A stretch of DNA of 64,000 nt from Candidatus Methanophagales archaeon ANME-1-THS (GCA_004212135.1 RXIE01000127.1:1565-65564), one strand, 5' to 3'; positions 42,142 to 52,830 are shown, numbered from the stretch's first letter. Numbers and translations: made by a program. Notes: generated by a model from the sequence alone, not told the origin.

Positions 42142-43138
42142 AGAATCTGGTTTGCACTCGGTATAAATCTTTCTTCAGTTCTAAGAATCTCTCAATGTCG
42201 AAGAAAATGTCTATTCCCATCTCCATTATCTCTTCCAGTTCCTTCTCGCTCAAGAGTTTTACTTTTGTCTGGTAGTCTTCAAAATAAGTTATGAAAATAG
42301 CTACTTCGTCTTTGTGTGCTTTTTCAAGGATTGAAAGGAGAAGATAAGGATTGTGCGTTGAAATGAAATATTGGTTCTTGTTCTGGTCCAATGCTATTCT
42401 CTCAGCTAGAAATTTTGTGTAGTAAGGAAAGGCATGAGCTTCTGGTTCTTCAAACACTAATACAGAATCTCTATTAGAATCAATTGCGGTGAGATAAAAA
42501 ACGATTCTTTGAAGGGTGTCAGAAGTTAAGGAATAAGGGTAGGAAACAAGGATATCTTTATGATACTTTAAAACTTCAATTTTATTCTCCTGAGGTTTAA
42601 AAACTAATTTCAATCCAAATGGCTCGAAAATTTGACTTGCAGTAGCTTTCAATTCCTTATGAGTCATGAGAATTGCTAACAGGTTATCTCCAGAAGGAGG
42701 TAAAAGAAATTCTAACTCTTTGCTTGGGAAATCCTTCCTTACGGTAAATCTATAGGACTTAGGAAGGTTCAGAGAACCAGAGTATGATCCTCCTCCACTA
42801 CCCTCGTAGTCATAATCAAAGGAAAAAAGTTCTGATTCCTTTTCACGACATCTACCTTTAAACCTTCCTTGCTCAAAATTAATCTTCAAAATTTTATCAT
42901 CTGCTTTTATTGTTATACTTTTATCCAGATTTTCATCGTAAAATAGATTGCTCATAACCTCAAATCTGACAAAGTCTTTAATGCGGAGTCTATGTTCTCC
43001 GGAGGACATTACTCCTAAACTCTCCAAAATATTTGATTTTCCGGTATTTGGTTCACCTATAAAGAGATTTATCCGCTTGCAATCCATCTTCAAGTGCTTT
43101 ATTGACTTAAAATTCTCAATCTCCAGAGTTTGGATCAT
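42080..43138 (-). CDS. ABC-type (AAA_21/AAA_15-like) ATPase, OLD/PARIS-AriA/Septu-PtuA-like; 3' end overlaps the partner gene in another frame
   Basis: Walker A IGEPNTGKSNILESL, signature-like LTSDTLQRIVFYL, Walker B VLVFEEPEAH, H-loop ISTHNP. Sits in an AT-rich insertion inside the hyp cluster. Confidence 0.7.
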   Translation of the reverse strand: MIQTLEIENFKSIKHLKMDCKRINLFIGEPNTGKSNILESLGVMSSGEHRLRIKDFVRFEVMSNLFYDENLDKSITIKADDKILKINFEQGRFKGRCREKESELFSFDYDYEGSGGGSYSGSLNLPKSYRFTVRKDFPSKELEFLLPPSGDNLLAILMTHKELKATASQIFEPFGLKLVFKPQENKIEVLKYHKDILVSYPYSLTSDTLQRIVFYLTAIDSNRDSVLVFEEPEAHAFPYYTKFLAERIALDQNKNQYFISTHNPYLLLSILEKAHKDEVAIFITYFEDYQTKVKLLSEKELEEIMEMGIDIFFDIERFLELKKDLYRVQTRFCVSKNVRITKETGYPSGRKT

Positions 43139-43308
43139 TTGATAACCTCCTTATTGTTCTTTGTTTTACTTTCTTTATAAATTCTTTACACCTCATAGCC
43201 TACATCGAAATGATGTTTGTGCCACTTATTGGTCCTTTCAGGCAAGGGATGAAACAAGGTCTCGAAGATTAACGTCTAAACCCCCCAAACACGCGATCAG
43301 CGTATGAT

Positions 43309-44391
43309 TCAACAGATCCTCGGCACGGGATCACCGATCGGCGTCTCTACAATCCGCATGCCGCCAACCCGGGTCTTCATCACCACGCCTTTGAGCTCGT
43401 TCGTCGCGGTACCGATGATCGCGGCATCTTTGCCCTTCTCGGTTCTCCTTAAAGCATCAAGCACCTCATCGGCTTTCTCCTTTACGACGCCGATGACCAC
43501 CTTGCCTTCATTACCGATCTCCAGAGGGTCTATCCCCAGCATCTCACAGGCACTTCGAACTGATTCTCGTATCGGAATTGCGTCCTCCTCAATCATGATG
43601 CCCACGTTCGACTTCTCACTGAATTCATTGAGTGTATTCGCGAGCCCGCCCCTCGTCGGGTCTTTCATGACAACCACACCACCAACCACTAAGAGCTCAT
43701 GAATAAGCTTGTTGAGCGGTGCGATATCTGATCGGAGCTCAGTATCAAACTCGAATCCTTCCCTGAAGGAGAACAGTGCGACACCATGATCCCCGAGGTA
43801 ACCAGAGACGAGTATCTTATCACCAGCCCGGAGATTCGAGTCCACCAACCAGTTCGTATCTAATTCACGATACCTTCTCACTTCCTCCAGGTTTGTATCC
43901 AGAGCCGCTGTTCGCTTACCGATCGCCGAGGTATTCACCACGATCTTCTCCAGAGCACCCTTCTCCACAACCTTTGTATCGCCCGTAACAATTGAGACCT
44001 CCGCCTCGTCACAGGTCCGCTTCATACTCGCCAGAATGCGCTCGAAATCGCTGACCGGGAGCCCTTCTTCGATTACAAAGGCCGCGGATAAGCAGAGCGG
44101 CTCGGCACCCATGACCGCGATATCGTTCACCGTACCTGCGATCGCGAGACTCCCGATATCACCGCCGGGGAAGAATAACGGTTTTACGGTGTGCGAATCG
44201 GTCGTGAAGACGATATGGTCAACGACCGCCGAATCATCCAGAGCGTTCAATGGCACTTCGACCTCTATCTCTCCTCTATCAGTACCCCGCACCTCGTTGA
44301 AATCGAAGTAGCGGAGCACGAGCGTGAGCAACTCACGCATCCCTTCACCGCCTGCTCCATGCTCCAGCTTTATACCGCCTTTCATCACCAT
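43309..44391 (-). CDS. hypE: Hydrogenase maturation factor HypE
   Basis: AIR-synthase-related fold ending with the HypE-specific C-terminal PRIC motif. Confidence 0.9.
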   Translation of the reverse strand: MVMKGGIKLEHGAGGEGMRELLTLVLRYFDFNEVRGTDRGEIEVEVPLNALDDSAVVDHIVFTTDSHTVKPLFFPGGDIGSLAIAGTVNDIAVMGAEPLCLSAAFVIEEGLPVSDFERILASMKRTCDEAEVSIVTGDTKVVEKGALEKIVVNTSAIGKRTAALDTNLEEVRRYRELDTNWLVDSNLRAGDKILVSGYLGDHGVALFSFREGFEFDTELRSDIAPLNKLIHELLVVGGVVVMKDPTRGGLANTLNEFSEKSNVGIMIEEDAIPIRESVRSACEMLGIDPLEIGNEGKVVIGVVKEKADEVLDALRRTEKGKDAAIIGTATNELKGVVMKTRVGGMRIVETPIGDPVPRIC

Positions 44392-44473
44392 GCTCGAAAC
44401 CCCGTCAGTATCACAATACCTTATTATGGTGCAGCGTCTTAAGAACTGTCATACGCTCAGGGGTGGATCTACG

Positions 44474-45049
44474 ATGGGCTCGAAGCGAGAACTCCTCTTC
44501 ATCACGACCAATCAGCACAAAGTAAAAGAGATACAGGAGCTGGCGGAGTCTGAATCGAGGAATCTAACCATCGTGCATAGAAACTATGAGTACCCGGAAT
44601 TACAGCTCGATGAGCTGGAAGAGGTGGCGCGAGCAAGTGCGAAGTATCTCCAAAAGAAGGGAGTGATTCAAAGACCATTCCTCATTGAAGACTCCGGGTT
44701 GTTTATTCACGCGTTACATGGTTTCCCCGGCCCTTTTTCCGCATACGTCTTTAAAAGAATCGGTAATGAGGGCATTCTGAAATTGATGGCAGGTAAACAA
44801 GCTGATGAACGAAGGGCGCTGTTTAAAACCGCGGTCGCATTCTGCGAACCGGACCGAGCAGAGCCGGTCATTTTTGTCGGCACGGTGGAAGGGAGCATTG
44901 CAGATGAGGCACGGGGCAGTGGTGGTTTTGGCTTCGATCCCATCTTCGAATTCGGGGGGAAGACGTTTGCCGAGCTGAGCACGGAAGAAAAGAATAAGGT
45001 ATCGCATCGGAGCAGAGCATTCAGGAAATTACTGGCATTCCTCTCGTAA
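44474..45049 (+). CDS. rdgB: Non-canonical purine NTP pyrophosphatase (RdgB/Ham1, dITP/XTP pyrophosphatase)
   Basis: MGSKRELLFITTNQHKVKEI…FGFDPIF… Start is taken at the internal Met. The longer ORF overlaps the hypE start. Confidence 0.85.
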   Translation: MGSKRELLFITTNQHKVKEIQELAESESRNLTIVHRNYEYPELQLDELEEVARASAKYLQKKGVIQRPFLIEDSGLFIHALHGFPGPFSAYVFKRIGNEGILKLMAGKQADERRALFKTAVAFCEPDRAEPVIFVGTVEGSIADEARGSGGFGFDPIFEFGGKTFAELSTEEKNKVSHRSRAFRKLLAFLS

Positions 45050-45241
45050 AAACAGAGCGTATCTCACTCAAGTATTCTTCTTCCATACGATGATTTCGAA
45101 AAGTTTAATTAATTGGCACCGTTTTTATCTAGTGTGGGGATGAAACGATCTAAGGTGGGATCAGGGTGTGCTACGCTCAAAAAGGGGGGAGAAGGACCAC
45201 CTCATCTAACTCCGTTTTTGTTCACCTCCGTTTTTCATAAG

Positions 45242-45928
45242 ATGGCTATGTTCTTGCCCCATACCAAGAAATTCTTCGACCTCTTCGAGGACCTTGCTGA
45301 TAAAGCGGTCGAAGCCTCGCAACTGCTGCTGGAGTTAAGTGCTGACTCACCCTCAGCCGTCCCTATTTCCCTGAGCCCTGATCTGCGCAGCTCAAATCTC
45401 ATGCGAATACGATCACAACTCAGGACACTGGAGAATGAAGCGGATTCCATCGTCCATCAAATTATCCATGAACTGTTTTTTGACCACACCCGGGTCACCG
45501 AGGAGAAGGGCGATATCCGGTACTTCGCTCATAATCTCGACAATGTCATTGATAATGTAGAAAAAGCAGTGGCCCGATTGGCCTTTACCCCACGACTTAC
45601 CATTCCAGAATCGGTCAGTGAGTTCGCTCCGGTCATCCATGAGGCGGCGCAGGAGATAAAGAAAGCGGTCGGTTGTTTGCGAGAGCTCAGACGCGAAGAG
45701 ATGACCTTACAAAACTGCTGCATTCGAATTAACGAGTTGGAGAATAAAGCAGACAAAATAAATCGGCGATGGCTGAAGATTCTCATGACCACACCGGTGG
45801 AAGATCCCAATGAAGTGCTTGAACGGCTCTTACTGAAAGAGGTCGTGGGGATTTTAGAGAATACAATGGACAATTGTGAGGACATCGCGAATATTCTGGA
45901 GACCTTTGGATTAAAGGGCGGGATCTGA
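45242..45928 (+). CDS. DUF47/PhoU-like phosphate-transport regulator-related protein (Pit-associated)
   Basis: MAMFLPHTKKFFDLFEDLADKAVEA… Typical partner of pit. Confidence 0.7.
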   Translation: MAMFLPHTKKFFDLFEDLADKAVEASQLLLELSADSPSAVPISLSPDLRSSNLMRIRSQLRTLENEADSIVHQIIHELFFDHTRVTEEKGDIRYFAHNLDNVIDNVEKAVARLAFTPRLTIPESVSEFAPVIHEAAQEIKKAVGCLRELRREEMTLQNCCIRINELENKADKINRRWLKILMTTPVEDPNEVLERLLLKEVVGILENTMDNCEDIANILETFGLKGGI

Positions 45929-46953
45929 TGTGGCTGGCATTGGTTCTGATCATCTCGCTTGCGCTGATCTATGATTTTCTGAATGGCGCGAATGACAGTG
46001 CAAACGCAATAGCGACGGTGATCGCGACCAAAGCATTACCACCACTGAAGGCATTAGGGCTCGCGAGTTTCTTTAATCTGCTCGGCGCTTTCTTCTTTAC
46101 CGAAGTCGCAAAAACAATTGGGAGCGGGATTGTTGCTACCACTGAGCTTGCACCTACCCTGGTCCTTCTGGTGCTCATGAGCGGGTTGCTCGGCGCGATA
46201 CTCTGGACGTATCTCTGCACCTCGCTCGGTATCCCGATAAGTGTGACGCATTCGTTAGTGGGAGCGATTATGGGTGCGGGATTCGTTGCAGGCGGCGCGG
46301 GCATCATCCAGTGGGGTATCCTGAAGCAAAAAGTTTTTCTCGCTATTGCGCTCGGCCCGTTTGCCGGCTTTGTAGCCGGGGCTCTGCTCTTCTCGCTCAT
46401 CAGTTGGGTGCTCTACCTCTTTTATCAAAAGGTGCCCCCCACCAAGACGGAGGTGCTCTTTAAGAAATTACAGCTCATTTCCGCATCCTTCATGGCATTC
46501 AGTCACGGCATGAATGATACGCAAAATGCGATGGGTGTGATTACTGCGGCGTTGATCACCGGCGGTTTTATCGCGACGTATCCTTCGGACCAATTTCCTG
46601 TTCCCTGGTGGGTGAAGCTCCTCTGTGGTTCGATGATGGCGCTGGGCACACTTCTGATGGGCTGGAAAGTCATCCGAACAATGGGCTGGCGGTTAACGAA
46701 GCTGGAGCCCAAGCATGGGTTCGCGGCTGAGACTGGTACAGGGCTCGCTGTGGTAGCGGTTAGCCTCGTTGGTATGCCGGTGAGCACCACGCACATCATC
46801 GGGTCAGCCGTGATAGGGGGTACATTCTTTCAGAGCCTGCGCAGAATCAGATGGTCCGAGGTGGGACGAATGGTCACCGCCTGGATCATCACCATTCCCC
46901 TCTCCGCTCTCTTTGGTGGTGCATCCTATTGGCTCCTGCGGCTCACGGTATGA
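45928..46953 (+). CDS. pit: Inorganic phosphate transporter (PiT family)
   Basis: LNGANDSANAIATVIAT… and …SHGMNDTQNAMG signature repeats. Confidence 0.85.
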   Translation: MWLALVLIISLALIYDFLNGANDSANAIATVIATKALPPLKALGLASFFNLLGAFFFTEVAKTIGSGIVATTELAPTLVLLVLMSGLLGAILWTYLCTSLGIPISVTHSLVGAIMGAGFVAGGAGIIQWGILKQKVFLAIALGPFAGFVAGALLFSLISWVLYLFYQKVPPTKTEVLFKKLQLISASFMAFSHGMNDTQNAMGVITAALITGGFIATYPSDQFPVPWWVKLLCGSMMALGTLLMGWKVIRTMGWRLTKLEPKHGFAAETGTGLAVVAVSLVGMPVSTTHIIGSAVIGGTFFQSLRRIRWSEVGRMVTAWIITIPLSALFGGASYWLLRLTV

Positions 46954-47108
46954 GGTAAGCCTGCGGACTGGCGACTAAAGGGACGGAGCTCCGGCCCGTT
47001 GATCACCGTATCGCGACCAAAAGATATTTATAGATTGAAAAATATATATTATTTTTAATATCCTTATATATTTTTAAGATGTGGTATATATGTGAGGTGA
47101 GAAAAAAG

Positions 47109-48116
47109 ATGAAGAAGATGAAAGCGATAGCGAGTGCAGCGGCACTCATAGCGATTGCAGCGCTCGGCACAGCGATCCTCATACCAGCGACCACAACGGC
47201 TGTGACTCCAGCGGGTCTCTCGGTACCCTGACCATTGCGGGGCTCCACAACCGTACTTCCGATCAATGAGGAGTGCGCGCGACTGCTTCGCGTGGCGAAC
47301 CCTGACCTCCGCATATCTGTTTCAGGTGGCGGATCGGGTCATGGCGTCAAAGCGGTCGGATCCGGCGAGATCGATATTGGCGCGGCATCGCGCGATGTGA
47401 AATCCGAGGAGATGGCATTGTATCCCGATCTGAAGCCGGTGGCAATTGGAAAGGATAGTGTGGCGATTGTGGTGCACCCCCGCAATACGATCAGTGATTT
47501 AACCATGGAAGAGGCCTCGAAGATCTTCAGCGGCGAGATCACGAACTGGAAGGAGGTGGGCGGCGCCGATGCAGCGATTCGGGTCATCACGCGGGAAGAA
47601 GGATCAGGCACTCGAGAGGTATTCGAGACCTATGTGCTGAAGCCATTTAAGCGAGAACTAGCAGGACAAGCATCAGTAAAGCAATCCAATGGCGAGGTAC
47701 GGGCAACGCTCAGCAGTGATGCCTCGAGCATCGGGTATCTCTCGCTCGGCTACGTCGATGAGACCGTCAAAGCGGTTCGCATAGGTGGCGTGGTGGCAAC
47801 CGTCGAGAATGTGCGTTCAGGCGCCTATCCCATTACGAGGAACCTGTATCTCATCACGAAAGGGGAGCCTAGTGAACTTGAAAAGGGATTCATCGAGTTC
47901 GTGTTGAGCACTGAAGGACAACGGATCGTCGAAGATATGGGCTATATCGCGTTGGCCCCCCTCGAGATGTCAACGCCAGCACCAACCGCGAGACCGATAA
48001 CCACACCACTGCCAACTCCAACGTCCGCGCCCAAAGAGCCGGGCTTCGGGGTTATAGGTGCTATCGCAGGACTGCTTGCCGTGCTGTTTCTCGCTCGGAG
48101 AAGCAGGACGAAGTAA
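47109..48116 (+). CDS. pstS: Phosphate ABC transporter substrate-binding protein PstS; signal peptide and mature domain are in one frame but separated by an in-frame TGA (47229-47231)
   Basis: MKKMKAIASAAALIAIAALGTAILIPATTTAVTPAGLSVP-TGA-PLRGSTTVLPINEE…GGGSG…, with a C-terminal Thr/Pro linker and TM anchor. The AT-rich promoter at 47003-47100 has TATA-like boxes. Confidence 0.75.
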
Positions 48117-48227
48117 AAGCACGAGCACAAAGAGAAGCTAAAAAATGGATCAAATACCAGGGTTTATTTTTTCCCCCTTTCCTTTTACTGTTAGTAGGAA
48201 CGTGGCGTGCGAGAACGAGAAGGTACA

Positions 48228-48959
48228 ATGAAAATCGCGCAGATATCAGACATTCATGCAGCCGATGCTCATTTACTGCCTGACTTAGCAGAGAATGTCA
48301 TAAAGAGGATAAATGAATTGAGGCCTGAAATTCTTGTGGTGACGGGCGATTTAACTGATAACGGCTATCCAATCGAGTATGAACGGGCGAAGCACTATGT
48401 CGATCGAATCGCGTGTGCGATACGAGTGGTGGTTCCAGGAAATCACGATGTGCGGAACGTTGGTGATCTCGGCTTTGAGGAGTTCTTCGGACCCCGATCA
48501 AAGAAGGAGCGTTACAACGGCGTAACTATTCTGGGCATTGATTCCACACAGCCTGATATTGATGACGGTCATGTGGGCAGGGACAAATACACATGGATCG
48601 AGCAGAGCCTGAATACAAAGGACTTTAAGATCGTGGCGCTCCACCATCATCTGATTCCGGTTCCCAAAACCGGGCGAGAAAGCAGTATCCTCAGAGATGC
48701 GGGCGATCTACTCGAACTGCTGGTGAGATGCAAGGTTGACCTGGTACTCTGTGGTCATAAGCATGTGCCGTGGGTCTGGGACGTGAATGGGATGATCATT
48801 CTCAATGCAGGTACTGCGTGCACGAACCGCGTAAAATGGAATATACCACAATCGTTCAATCTCATCGAAGTGGACGAATCGGCAATGGGCGCGATCAAGA
48901 TCCACCGTATGTATTCATGTGGCGGAGAGGAGTTGGTCTTCGAGCAGAAGAGGGGATAA
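48228..48959 (+). CDS. Calcineurin-like metallophosphoesterase
   Basis: MKIAQISDIHA…GDLTDNG…GNHD motifs. Confidence 0.75.
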   Translation: MKIAQISDIHAADAHLLPDLAENVIKRINELRPEILVVTGDLTDNGYPIEYERAKHYVDRIACAIRVVVPGNHDVRNVGDLGFEEFFGPRSKKERYNGVTILGIDSTQPDIDDGHVGRDKYTWIEQSLNTKDFKIVALHHHLIPVPKTGRESSILRDAGDLLELLVRCKVDLVLCGHKHVPWVWDVNGMIILNAGTACTNRVKWNIPQSFNLIEVDESAMGAIKIHRMYSCGGEELVFEQKRG

Positions 48960-48965
48960 CGCGTT

Positions 48966-49880
48966 ATGAGCGACTCAGCGCAGCGGTGCGCCGGTGCCTT
49001 TGGATCTTTCAGGGGCGGTTTGGCTGAACGACTGGTAGAGAAGCTCCTCTTTATCTGCGCGCTTTCCTCTATTCTCATTGTCTTTTTTATCATCGCCTTC
49101 ATCTTGAAAGAAGGCATTCCTGTCCTTGCGCTTGGTCCTGATTTCTTCTTCGGGATGACCTGGAAGCCCGGTCAGGGCCAGTTTGGCGTGGTGCCGACGG
49201 TACTGAGCACCTTCATCGTGGGCATCGGTGCACTGGGGATCGCGGCAGTGATTGGTATACCTGCTGCGATCTATTTAGCTGAATTCGCACCCGAATGGCT
49301 GCGAGCTCTTATCAAGCCGAGCGTGGAGATGTTGGTGGGTATTCCATCGATCGTGCTCGGCTTCTTCGGCTTGATGGTGCTCGTGGTCTTCATCCGAGAC
49401 AATATCGGCGGCTGGGGTGAATGTATCCTGGCAGGGTGGGTAATCCTCGCGGTCATGACCCTGCCGCACGTCATCAGTATATCCGAAGATGCGCTTCGCG
49501 CGGTACCGAGAACCTATAAAGAGGCATCACTCGGGCTCGGTGCCACACCATTACAGACAATACGAAAGATACTAGTGCCAAATGCACGATCCGGGATCCT
49601 GGCCTCTTTGATTTTGGGTATGGGCAATGCGATTGGCGAGACCATGGCGGTCCTGATGGTCATCGGAAATCCGAACATACCCTGGATTCCCAGCAGCGTG
49701 CTGGAACCGGTACGAGTGCTCACCTCCACGATTGTCATTGAGATTTCGTACGTCGTCTGGGGTTCGACGCACCAGCATGCGTTGTTTGCGCTCGGTGTGA
49801 TTCTCTTCAGCATTGTTGCGGTGCTCAATGCAATCACCACGGCACTGATCAGAAAGGGGATAAGGACGGGGTGTAGATGA
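48966..49880 (+). CDS. pstC: Phosphate ABC transporter permease PstC
   Basis: Multi-TM ABC permease with an EAA-like loop. Sits in a pst operon context. Confidence 0.85.
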   Translation: MSDSAQRCAGAFGSFRGGLAERLVEKLLFICALSSILIVFFIIAFILKEGIPVLALGPDFFFGMTWKPGQGQFGVVPTVLSTFIVGIGALGIAAVIGIPAAIYLAEFAPEWLRALIKPSVEMLVGIPSIVLGFFGLMVLVVFIRDNIGGWGECILAGWVILAVMTLPHVISISEDALRAVPRTYKEASLGLGATPLQTIRKILVPNARSGILASLILGMGNAIGETMAVLMVIGNPNIPWIPSSVLEPVRVLTSTIVIEISYVVWGSTHQHALFALGVILFSIVAVLNAITTALIRKGIRTGCR

Positions 49881-50740
49881 ACAGAGGCGAAGTAGCTGAA
49901 AAGCTGGTAAAAGCAGGCTTGCTCGGAGCGGCGCTTATATCCGTCGCGGTCCTCCTCATCGTCGTTGCGTACATCGTTCTTAAAGGTGTGGGCACGATAA
50001 ATCTCGAGTTCCTGACCCAGGCTCAATATCGATTTGGACGGGGTGGTGGTATCTTTCCGCAGATCATCGGCTCGTTAGGTTTGGTCGGGGTCTGTCTGCT
50101 CTTCGCTGTTCCGCTGGGCGTTGCGTCTGCGATCTATCTCGCGGAATATGCCCCGAATAACCTGGTCACGGAAAGCGTGCGGTTCTTTGTGGCATGCCTG
50201 GCGGGTATACCCTCAATTGTGATAGGACTGTTTGGATTGGTATTTCTCGTTTATTACCTCCATCTGGGCGTCTCCCTGCTCTCCGGCGGTTTAGCGCTCG
50301 GGTTTATGATCCTCCCGTGGACCGTTCGGGCGAGTGAAGAAGCGATCAAAGCGGTTCCCCAGTCTTACCGCGAGGCGTCGCTCGCATTAGGCGTCACCAA
50401 GCTCCAAACCATTCGGAGGATCGTGCTTAAAAGCGCTTATCCGGGCATCATCACGGGTGTACTCCTGGGCACGGGCAAGGCGATAGGAGAGACTGCAGTT
50501 GTGCTTTTAACCGCGGGTTCTGGTCTTGAGAGCTTCTTACCCCGGTCTATATTCGACCCTGTTGCGTCGCTACCCGTCTATGTGTATCTGCTTGCAACAA
50601 CGGGGAACACGTCAGAGCAGCTCGAACGTGCGTTTGGCGCATCGCTCGTGCTCATCACGCTCTTTCTGCTGATGAGCATCTTCGCGTTAGTCCTTCGGGA
50701 TCGCTATTTCAAACGTATGAGAGGAAGAGGAGGAGGCTAG
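49877..50740 (+). CDS. pstA: Phosphate ABC transporter permease PstA
   Basis: Paralogous permease. Overlaps the pstC stop. Confidence 0.85.
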   Translation: MNRGEVAEKLVKAGLLGAALISVAVLLIVVAYIVLKGVGTINLEFLTQAQYRFGRGGGIFPQIIGSLGLVGVCLLFAVPLGVASAIYLAEYAPNNLVTESVRFFVACLAGIPSIVIGLFGLVFLVYYLHLGVSLLSGGLALGFMILPWTVRASEEAIKAVPQSYREASLALGVTKLQTIRRIVLKSAYPGIITGVLLGTGKAIGETAVVLLTAGSGLESFLPRSIFDPVASLPVYVYLLATTGNTSEQLERAFGASLVLITLFLLMSIFALVLRDRYFKRMRGRGGG

Positions 50741-50745
50741 GAGCA

Positions 50746-51498
50746 ATGAGTAAGATAGAGACTATAGGGCTGAGTGTGTATTATGGAGATGGCACGGTCT
50801 GTGGGTTAAAAGCGGTGAATATAACGATCGAAGCGAACAAAATCACGGCGTTGATCGGACCCTCGGGCTGCGGTAAGACGACATTTCTCAGAGCGTTGAA
50901 CCGGATGAACGAACTCAAGGGAGCGCAGACAAAGGGAAAGGTTCTTATCGATGGGATTGATATTTACAATGGCAAAGTGGATGTCATTCAGTTGAGGAAG
51001 AGAATAGGCATGGTCTTCCAGCAGCCTAATCCCTTTCCCATGAGTATTTACGATAACGTTGCGTATGGCCCTCGGATCCATGGCCAGCGGAACGAGAACC
51101 TGGGTACGATTGTGGAGGAGAGTTTGAAGAAAGCGGCATTGTGGGATGAGGTAAAAGACCGGTTGGACGAGAATGCGTTGGGATTCTCGGGAGGGCAGCA
51201 GCAGCGGTTGTGCATTGCGCGCGCACTTGCGGTCAATCCAGAAATCATCCTCTTTGATGAGCCCTGTTCAGCATTAGATCCGGTATCCACAGCGCGAATC
51301 GAGGAGCTGTTGACCGAATTGAAGCAGGAGTATACCATCGTGATCGTCACGCATAACATGCAGCAGGCCGCCCGTGTCTCGGATTGTACCGCGTTCTTCC
51401 TCATGGGCGAACTGATCGAATATGGAAAGACGTCGCAGATCTTTGAGCGACCAAAGGATAAGCGGACGGAGGATTATATTACCGGGAGGTTCGGCTAG
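50746..51498 (+). CDS. pstB: Phosphate ABC transporter ATP-binding protein PstB
   Basis: GPSGCGKTT Walker [10 protein letters not shown] signature, ILFDEP Walker B. Confidence 0.9.
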   Translation: MSKIETIGLSVYYGDGTVCGLKAVNITIEANKITALIGPSGCGKTTFLRALNRMNELKGAQTKGKVLIDGIDIYNGKVDVIQLRKRIGMVFQQPNPFPMSIYDNVAYGPRIHGQRNENLGTIVEESLKKAALWDEVKDRLDENALGFSGGQQQRLCIARALAVNPEIILFDEPCSALDPVSTARIEELLTELKQEYTIVIVTHNMQQAARVSDCTAFFLMGELIEYGKTSQIFERPKDKRTEDYITGRFG

Positions 51499-52155
51499 AT
51501 GAAGGTCAGAAAAGACTATCTGGAGGCTTTAGAGAAGCTCAAATCGGATGTATTACGGATGGGTGAGCTTGCCAAAGCTGCTGCAAAGAACGCCATCGAC
51601 GCGCTCGTTAATCATGACAAGGAGTTGGCCGTGCGACTTCTCGAAGAGAATAGCGTGATCGATCGGATGGAATTTGAGATCGAGAACCAGTGTATGAGAC
51701 TCCTCGCGTTACAGCAGCCGATGGCGATTGATCTCAGAACAATCGAAACGTCCTTGAAGATCATAACCGATTTCGACCGTATAAGCGACCTCGCAGGTGA
51801 TATTGCAGAGATTGTTATTCAGATCGCGGATCAACCGTACGCGAAACCGCTCATTGATATCCCGAGAATCTCAGAGATCTCGCAGGGTATGCTCGCGGAT
51901 TGCCTTGAGGCATTCGCAACGCACCGAATCGAGAAATTAGAGGATTTTTCTGCGCGCGATGATATTGTTGATGCGTTATTTGGCCAGATACGGCGGGAAC
52001 TGGTGGCTATCATGATCGAAAATCCGCGCGCTATTACCAGCGCGAGTCACCTTATCTTCATCGGACTCCATCAGGAACGAATAGCGGATCATGCCTGTAA
52101 CATCGCCGGCCGGATCATCTACATGGTAACGGGAGAGCGGAGGAAGCTGGGATGA
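51499..52155 (+). CDS. phoU: Phosphate transport system regulator PhoU
   Basis: Two PhoU repeats, 218 aa, directly after pstB. Confidence 0.85.
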   Translation: MKVRKDYLEALEKLKSDVLRMGELAKAAAKNAIDALVNHDKELAVRLLEENSVIDRMEFEIENQCMRLLALQQPMAIDLRTIETSLKIITDFDRISDLAGDIAEIVIQIADQPYAKPLIDIPRISEISQGMLADCLEAFATHRIEKLEDFSARDDIVDALFGQIRRELVAIMIENPRAITSASHLIFIGLHQERIADHACNIAGRIIYMVTGERRKLG

Positions 52156-52203
52156 GGACCGTGGTCTAAGCGAGCTCAGTGATAATGAACATGCCTACAG
52201 GAT

Positions 52204-52731
52204 TCAGCTTATCTTCTTCGCTGCCAGTTCAATAGCCCTCGTCACACTTGCGGTTGGTCGTATAGTTGCAACGGGTATCGTAACGATCCGCTCAACGGTT
52301 GGACTGACGATGGGCGCGCACACGAGCGCGGATGCACCATCTCGTTCCGCGTGAATCGCGGCTATTATCGCTTCCTCGATCGTGGTGACCGCATATTCTT
52401 TGATCTCAATCGTCTCGTTGTTGAAGTTTATCTCATCCTTTTCTATGCCGTCCAAAACGCCCCGTGCACCGATGACCGCAATGAATTTCTTCTGCCGCGA
52501 AGATCCTCGTTTGATCTCCCGCACCGTGGTGAGTATCCGCCTGAAGGTGCGCATATTCGGATCACGCTCGCCCGAGAGGATCTTGTAAAGCGTGCTGGCA
52601 GGTATGCCCGATTTCTCACTGAACTCGCCGATGCTCATCCCCAATTTCTGTTTGATCGCTGCGGCCAGTATCTCGGGCAGCTCGTGATCCTGCACAAAGA
52701 TCTCAGTTACGATCTCATCGGCGACGGTCAT
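52204..52731 (-). CDS. HTH (XRE-like) transcriptional regulator with a C-terminal ligand-binding-like domain; divergent from the CoM-related operon
   Basis: …LGMSIGEFSEKSGIPASTLYKILSGERDP… HTH. 175 aa. Confidence 0.5.
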   Translation of the reverse strand: MTVADEIVTEIFVQDHELPEILAAAIKQKLGMSIGEFSEKSGIPASTLYKILSGERDPNMRTFRRILTTVREIKRGSSRQKKFIAVIGARGVLDGIEKDEINFNNETIEIKEYAVTTIEEAIIAAIHAERDGASALVCAPIVSPTVERIVTIPVATIRPTASVTRAIELAAKKIS

Positions 52732-52793
52732 AGCTCATAGTATAAATTGCTATTCCATATATATAAATATCGCCGCTCGTATTATACAATTAG

Positions 52794-52830
52794 GAAATTT
52801 AGTGCGCAAAATAGAAAAATTTAAATATCG
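52794..52830. promoter_or_regulatory. Conserved promoter-proximal motif copy A (aatttagtgcgcaaaatagaaaaatttaaatatcg), downstream of a TATA-like box and upstream of the HdrD-like/DUF39/cysteate synthase/comDE operon
   Basis: About 35/37 identical to copy B at 58348-58384. Confidence 0.5.

Noticed and set aside
43309-44391. Initial reading of this gene as PurM (AIR synthetase)
   Set aside because: The C-terminal PRIC motif and the hyp gene context identify it as HypE. HypE and PurM share a fold.
47229-47231. Selenocysteine insertion at the pstS TGA
   Set aside because: PstS is not a selenoprotein family. The position lies between the signal peptide and mature domain, with no SECIS-like context evident. 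TGA is a normal stop in other genes in the window.
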